Of a stretch of 64,000 nt of DNA, positions 51,841-64,000 are shown piece after piece; position 1 is the first letter of the stretch; each line of letters begins with the position of its first letter. The notes below the pieces were generated by a model. That model saw only the letters and a program-made list of their open reading frames with translations. It was not told the origin of the DNA and made no database searches. The stretch spans positions 12,214,001 through 12,278,000 of the forward strand of contig OZ024742.1 in the NCBI GenBank assembly GCA_964016885.1. Reading direction: 5' to 3'. Source of the DNA: Eledone cirrhosa (lineage: Eukaryota). Position numbers and translations under genes: made by a program.

Positions 51841-52431
51841 ATATACATATAAATATATACTTGGGGAGAAACATATTGTTGTAATATTGCCAGAAATAAT
51901 AACAGAACACACTCACTGTTTGGTTGCATTTCGCTTCTGTATCTTTTATATCTCCACAATTAATATATTTGGTCCTCAATGTTTATCATTGACTGACCAA
52001 CGGTCAAAAATACAGATATAAACACATATATATAGTCTAACAAAGTTTTTTCGTCGCACATCTGCAACATTATCAGTGGTGCTATTATGTTACTCCTGTT
52101 GTATTGTATGTCTACGCCATTTTTATTTTGGGTGACTGTGTTTTGGTTATTGTATTCTATCTTAGTTTACGAGTGTGTGTTTATATGTGTTTGTTGTTAT
52201 TGTGCTTGTGTATATATTTATTTATTTATTTATATTTCTCTTAGGTGAGTATTGTTTGTTTGGGTGTTGTTGTCATTCCATTCATTTTTTCTGTTTAGCT
52301 TTGGCCTTCTAAGCTCTATTTCACTATTTCACCTCTCTGATTTGCCTACCTGCTGGGTCATTTCTATCTTTAGATATTATTTTAATTTCTATGTTGTCTA
52401 TGTTACCGTTAGACTATATATATATATATAC

Positions 52432-52890
<459 letters not shown>

Positions 52891-53072
52891 TATTACTCCA
52901 AGATAAACTTACATAGGAATACGAGTGAAATCATAAACTCGCCACCTACGTAAACCCCTTGTTGAGTCAAACAACGCCGTACGCTAAAACTATCCATAAC
53001 ACGAAGTATTGACAACCTCTAACTGGATTACCTATAACAATATTTTGTTATCCCTTATATATATATACATAT

Positions 53073-53395
53073 GAAGGCGAATGGGTTGGTGGGTAGAGAG
53101 CTGGACTCACTCACAATGGTAAGGTTGTGAGTTGCATTCCTGGACCGGCGAAGTAACGTTATGTCATTGAACAAGAAACTTTATTTCACGTTGCTCCAGT
53201 TTACTCAGCTGTATAAATAAGCGGCGACGTCACTAGTGCCAAGCTGTATCGGACTTTGTCTTTCCTTTGGCCAACATTGGTGGCGAGGAGTGGCAACACT
53301 GGAGGTCTGCCACGAAAACATCTTGACTGGATTTGTGTATCGAAAAGCAACATTCTAGGTGCACATCCATGGACATTCGGCAACGAAGGGATTCT
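53073..53395 (+). mobile_element. Second SINE family, CORE-like, diverged
   Basis: Decayed A/B boxes, then TGTCATTGAACAAGAAACTTTATTTCACGTTGCTCCAGTTTACTCAGCTG (CORE-like domain). Confidence 0.6.
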
Positions 53396-53412
53396 TTCCC
53401 TTTATATGTGTG

Positions 53413-53494
<82 letters not shown>

Positions 53495-53554
53495 TGTGTG
53501 TGTGTGCGTCTGTATGTATGTATGTCTGTTTGTATGTGTGTGAATGTATTTAAT

Positions 53555-54020
53555 TGTTTCTTGCCTTCCATCACTCGTGATAATGTCCTCGAGATACCTG
53601 AACCTCTCCACCTGCTTCAGTGGAACCCCACTCACATGAAGACTGCACTACGCTGTCTTTTGTGAGAGGACGAGTGTCTCAATCTACGCAACACAGCTTT
53701 TCATCCCTGCCGGGAAGCACTCGGCAGCAAATCTATCGAGTGTATGCCGGAAATCACCTTCCGACGTGTTAAGTATCACCATGTCGTCTGCAAATTCCAA
53801 CCGATTGATCCTACAGGCGCCAGTCTTGATATCAATTACAACTCGGTTGAGCATGTCAATCTTGTCGATGAAGATTATTAACAGGATAACAGATGTGACA
53901 TTACGCTGCCTTGTCGGAGTAAAACACCCACATTGAATCGTTTCGACTTAACACAATTTATCCAAACACAGACACTAAGTACTTCAATGCATCAAGAAGC
54001 TGTCCTTCGATCTCATACTT
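53555..54020 (-). pseudogene. RTE-clade reverse transcriptase fragment
   Basis: RINRLEFADDMVILNTSEGDFRHTLDRFAAEC..GMK and LKQVERFRYL..ITSDGRQE. Confidence 0.75.
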
Positions 54021-54650
54021 AAATTTCCCTTCTACACAAATTGCTGGCCTTTTGCCTATATCAGAAATAATTCTTATAAATGTACGACTTTGTAGCCAAG
54101 AAAAGAATTATTATTAGTATTGCGTCATTGGTGATGATGACGGACTGTACTCTACAATGAAGTTGAATATAAATACCCGGATTCTTTTACACGAGAACTC
54201 TTCTATCTTAGACATAAGTATTTAAAACATGATTGCTGGATATTTTAGTAGAAAAAAATAACTCTTAGCTGTAATTCTAGAATTACCTTTATCTAAACAA
54301 CCACAACTGAATTTTTCTATCTCATAAAACGAAGCAATGCAATGAAGCGAATACAGTGGATATTTATGTATTTGAAAATAATAAAATTACTTCATGCGAA
54401 CACATTAAATTTGTCGCTATCTAAGTTCAGTTATAACCATTTATATCTACTTTATCTGACTACGATAGTTTTTTACCTAAATACCGACAATTTCTTTGTA
54501 TCCAAACTACCTCTCATTGTGTTACCAAAAACATCCTTCGTTGGACAAATACCGAATATTTTCTCTAGATTTTTTTCAATGCACACATGTATATATGTTG
54601 TGTGTGAGTGTATGTGTGTAGATGTTTGTTTGTTTATTAATAAAGCAGTC

Positions 54651-54868
54651 AGAGGTGGTGTATTGGCAGTATCGGTAGATACACCATGCTTCGTAGCATA
54701 GAGTTACATCTCTTTACGTTCTGAGTTCAACTACGCCGAGGTTAGCTTTGCATTTCATCCTTACGGAGTCGATAAAATAAAGTACCAGTAATGCACTGGA
54801 GTCAATTTAAGCAACGTCCCCCTACCCTCCGAATTGCTGGCCAAGAGCCTAAAATGGAAATAATTGTT
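54651..54868 (+). mobile_element. tRNA-derived SINE, full length, older
   Basis: TGGCAGTATCGG, GAGTTCAACT, core and tail. Confidence 0.85.
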
Positions 54869-55258
54869 TAACTTAGTACACTATACTTAATAAACCAGAA
54901 TGTAGTTATTATTTTCTGAACTCACACGGTTAACATATTAAAGTTTTGATAACAAATGTAATATTGGAGTGGTAAAAACTTAAACGAAGCGCCAGAAGCG
55001 AAAAGCGAAAACCAACAAAACAGTGAGTGTGTTCTGTTATTAATTCTGGCAATATTACACAAATATGACCCTCTCAAAGTATAACAATATTTGTTTCGAC
55101 ACACGATTTCATATCAAAAACCTCGCAAAACTAATTCATCGCCGTTATATATATAAACATGAGAAGAAAGAGGAATACTGCGTGGTTGCACATGGGTTAC
55201 ATATTATAAAACTAGTCCCTCGTCAGTGATTTGCCAACCATCATTGGTATTTCATCGC

Positions 55259-55311
<53 letters not shown>

Positions 55312-55328
55312 CCAATGATGGTTGGCAA

Positions 55329-55378
<50 letters not shown>

Positions 55379-55451
55379 TTACAGAGAGAGATACATAGAT
55401 AGATAGATAAATAGGTAGGTAGATAATCTCGTCCATCAACTGCATACGGTA

Positions 55452-55483
<32 letters not shown>

Positions 55484-55601
55484 TTGTGTGCTTCCGTGTA
55501 TATGTGTACGTGTGTACATACATATACACACATATAGCTATATATTAAATATCAGTTTATTGTTTATTTCCACACAACTTATTAAATTCTATGATCTGAA
55601 A

Positions 55602-56420
55602 TATTCTACAATGATTATACATCCTATATTCCCCTCGTCTGCTTATATATATTTCTATATATTCTACAATGATTATACATCCTATATTCCTCTCGTCTGC
55701 TTATATATATTTCTATATATTCTACAATGATTATACATCCTATATTTCTCTCGTCTTCTTATATATATTTCTATATATTCTACAATGATTATACATCCTA
55801 TATTTCTCTCGTCTTCTTATATATATTTCTATATATTCTACAATGATTATACATCCTATATTCCTCTCGTCTTCTTATATATATTTCTATATATTCTACA
55901 ATGATTATACATCCTATATTCCTCTCGTCTGCTTATATATATTTCTATATATTCTACAATGATTATACATCCTATATTCCTCTCGTCTGCTTATATATAT
56001 TTCTATATATTCTACAATGATTATACATCCTATATTCCCCTCGTCTGCTTATATATATTTCTATATATTCTACAATGATTATACATCCTATATTCCTCTC
56101 GTCTGCTTATATATATTTCTATATATTCTACAATGATTATACATCCTATATTTCTCTCGTCTTCTTATATATATTTCTATATATTCTACAATGATTATAC
56201 ATCCTATATTCCTCTCGTCTTCTTATATATATTTCTATATATTCTACAATGATTATACATCCTATATTCGACTCGTCTTCTTATATATATTTCTATATAT
56301 TCTACAATGATTATACATCCTATATTTCTCTCGTCTTCTTATATATATTTCTATATATTTTACAATGATTATACATCCTATATTCCTCTCATCTGCTTAT
56401 ATATATTTCTATATATTCTA
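55602..56420. repeat. 58-bp minisatellite, about 14 near-identical units
   Basis: TATTCTACAATGATTATACATCCTATATTCCTCTCGTCTGCTTATATATATTTCTATA repeated. Confidence 0.95.
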
Positions 56421-56699
56421 TACAATTCTTCCCCTTTGCCTACCTTTCATCCTCTTTCATTTCACTTCCATATCCAGGTCTTACAATGCCTTCTCTTCTC
56501 CGCTATCTTCAATCTAAAATCTAATATAAAATTTGCACGAGATACTGTAAAAACGATTCAATAAAACAATACAGTAATAAGGAAATATCAGGGTTTTAAG
56601 CAGGAAGCAGTATCACCATGAACTAATATGACTGATCGTGTGATATGATAAACCTGCATTCAATATATCGTAACAGAAGATATACAATAATGTCACATG

Positions 56700-57611
<912 letters not shown>

Positions 57612-57760
57612 ATTATTTCTACTTTAGGCACAAGGCCAGTAATCACCCAGTGCATTACTGGTATTTTATTTATGAGTGAAGTTTTAAATCAACATATATG
57701 TTGATTGAAAACTTCACTCACTATTCACAAGTATTTTTTAACCTTCATATCATGTATCCC

Positions 57761-57831
57761 TATTTTATCTGATGAAAACGCAGATATCATCTCATGGTCA
57801 TATTTGTTTTTGAAATGCACATAATAAAATA
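57761..57831 (+). ncRNA. Type I hammerhead ribozyme motif with intact core
   Basis: Stem I TATTTTAT/ATAAAATA (8 bp, perfect); CTGATGA at 57769; stem II AAAC.CAGATAT/ATATTTGTTT; GAAA-T-GCAC-A-TA; preceded by a hairpin at 57673-57720. Confidence 0.78.
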
Positions 57832-57876
57832 CTTGGAACTCTTTTAACCATCTTTTGATCTTATATATTATATATA

Positions 57877-64000
<6,124 letters not shown>

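Noticed and set aside
52225-52250. Recursive-splice-like site TTTCTCTTAG|GTGAGT
   Set aside because: A single motif in T-rich, repeat-like DNA with no transcript evidence; expected by chance.
55602-56420. CRISPR-like periodicity of the 58-bp and 57-bp repeats and of the 500-bp array
   Set aside because: There are no unique spacers and no cas genes, and the context is eukaryotic; these are plain tandem repeats.

Overview
Repeat-saturated animal (eukaryotic) DNA. SINE style and microsatellite load suggest an octopus/coleoid cephalopod; this is inference. No complete host gene is visible. The window holds five Tx1-clade (L1-group) LINE copies inserted in (ATT)n or (GATA)n tracts, one R4/Dong-like LINE, two near-complete Penelope-like elements (PLEs) plus GIY-YIG and pLTR remnants, RTE and mariner fragments, a Helitron-like non-autonomous element, about 13 copies of a tRNA-derived SINE, and many mini/microsatellites. 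The most striking structure is a >6 kb tandem array (57877 to the window end) of ~470-570 bp hairpin-rich units, each carrying a type I hammerhead-ribozyme fold, i.e. a retrozyme-like satellite. Every unit has G at the cleavage position. Several stand-alone hammerheads also occur. Other notable observations: the SINE appears to share its 3' tail and ATTAT target with the Tx1 LINEs; a GGTAAGT splice-donor motif is conserved at the Tx1 ORF1 stop; both PLE copies share one frameshift; and a PHD-finger ORF missed by the ORF track lies at the left edge. All structures were read by eye; no database search or folding program was run.
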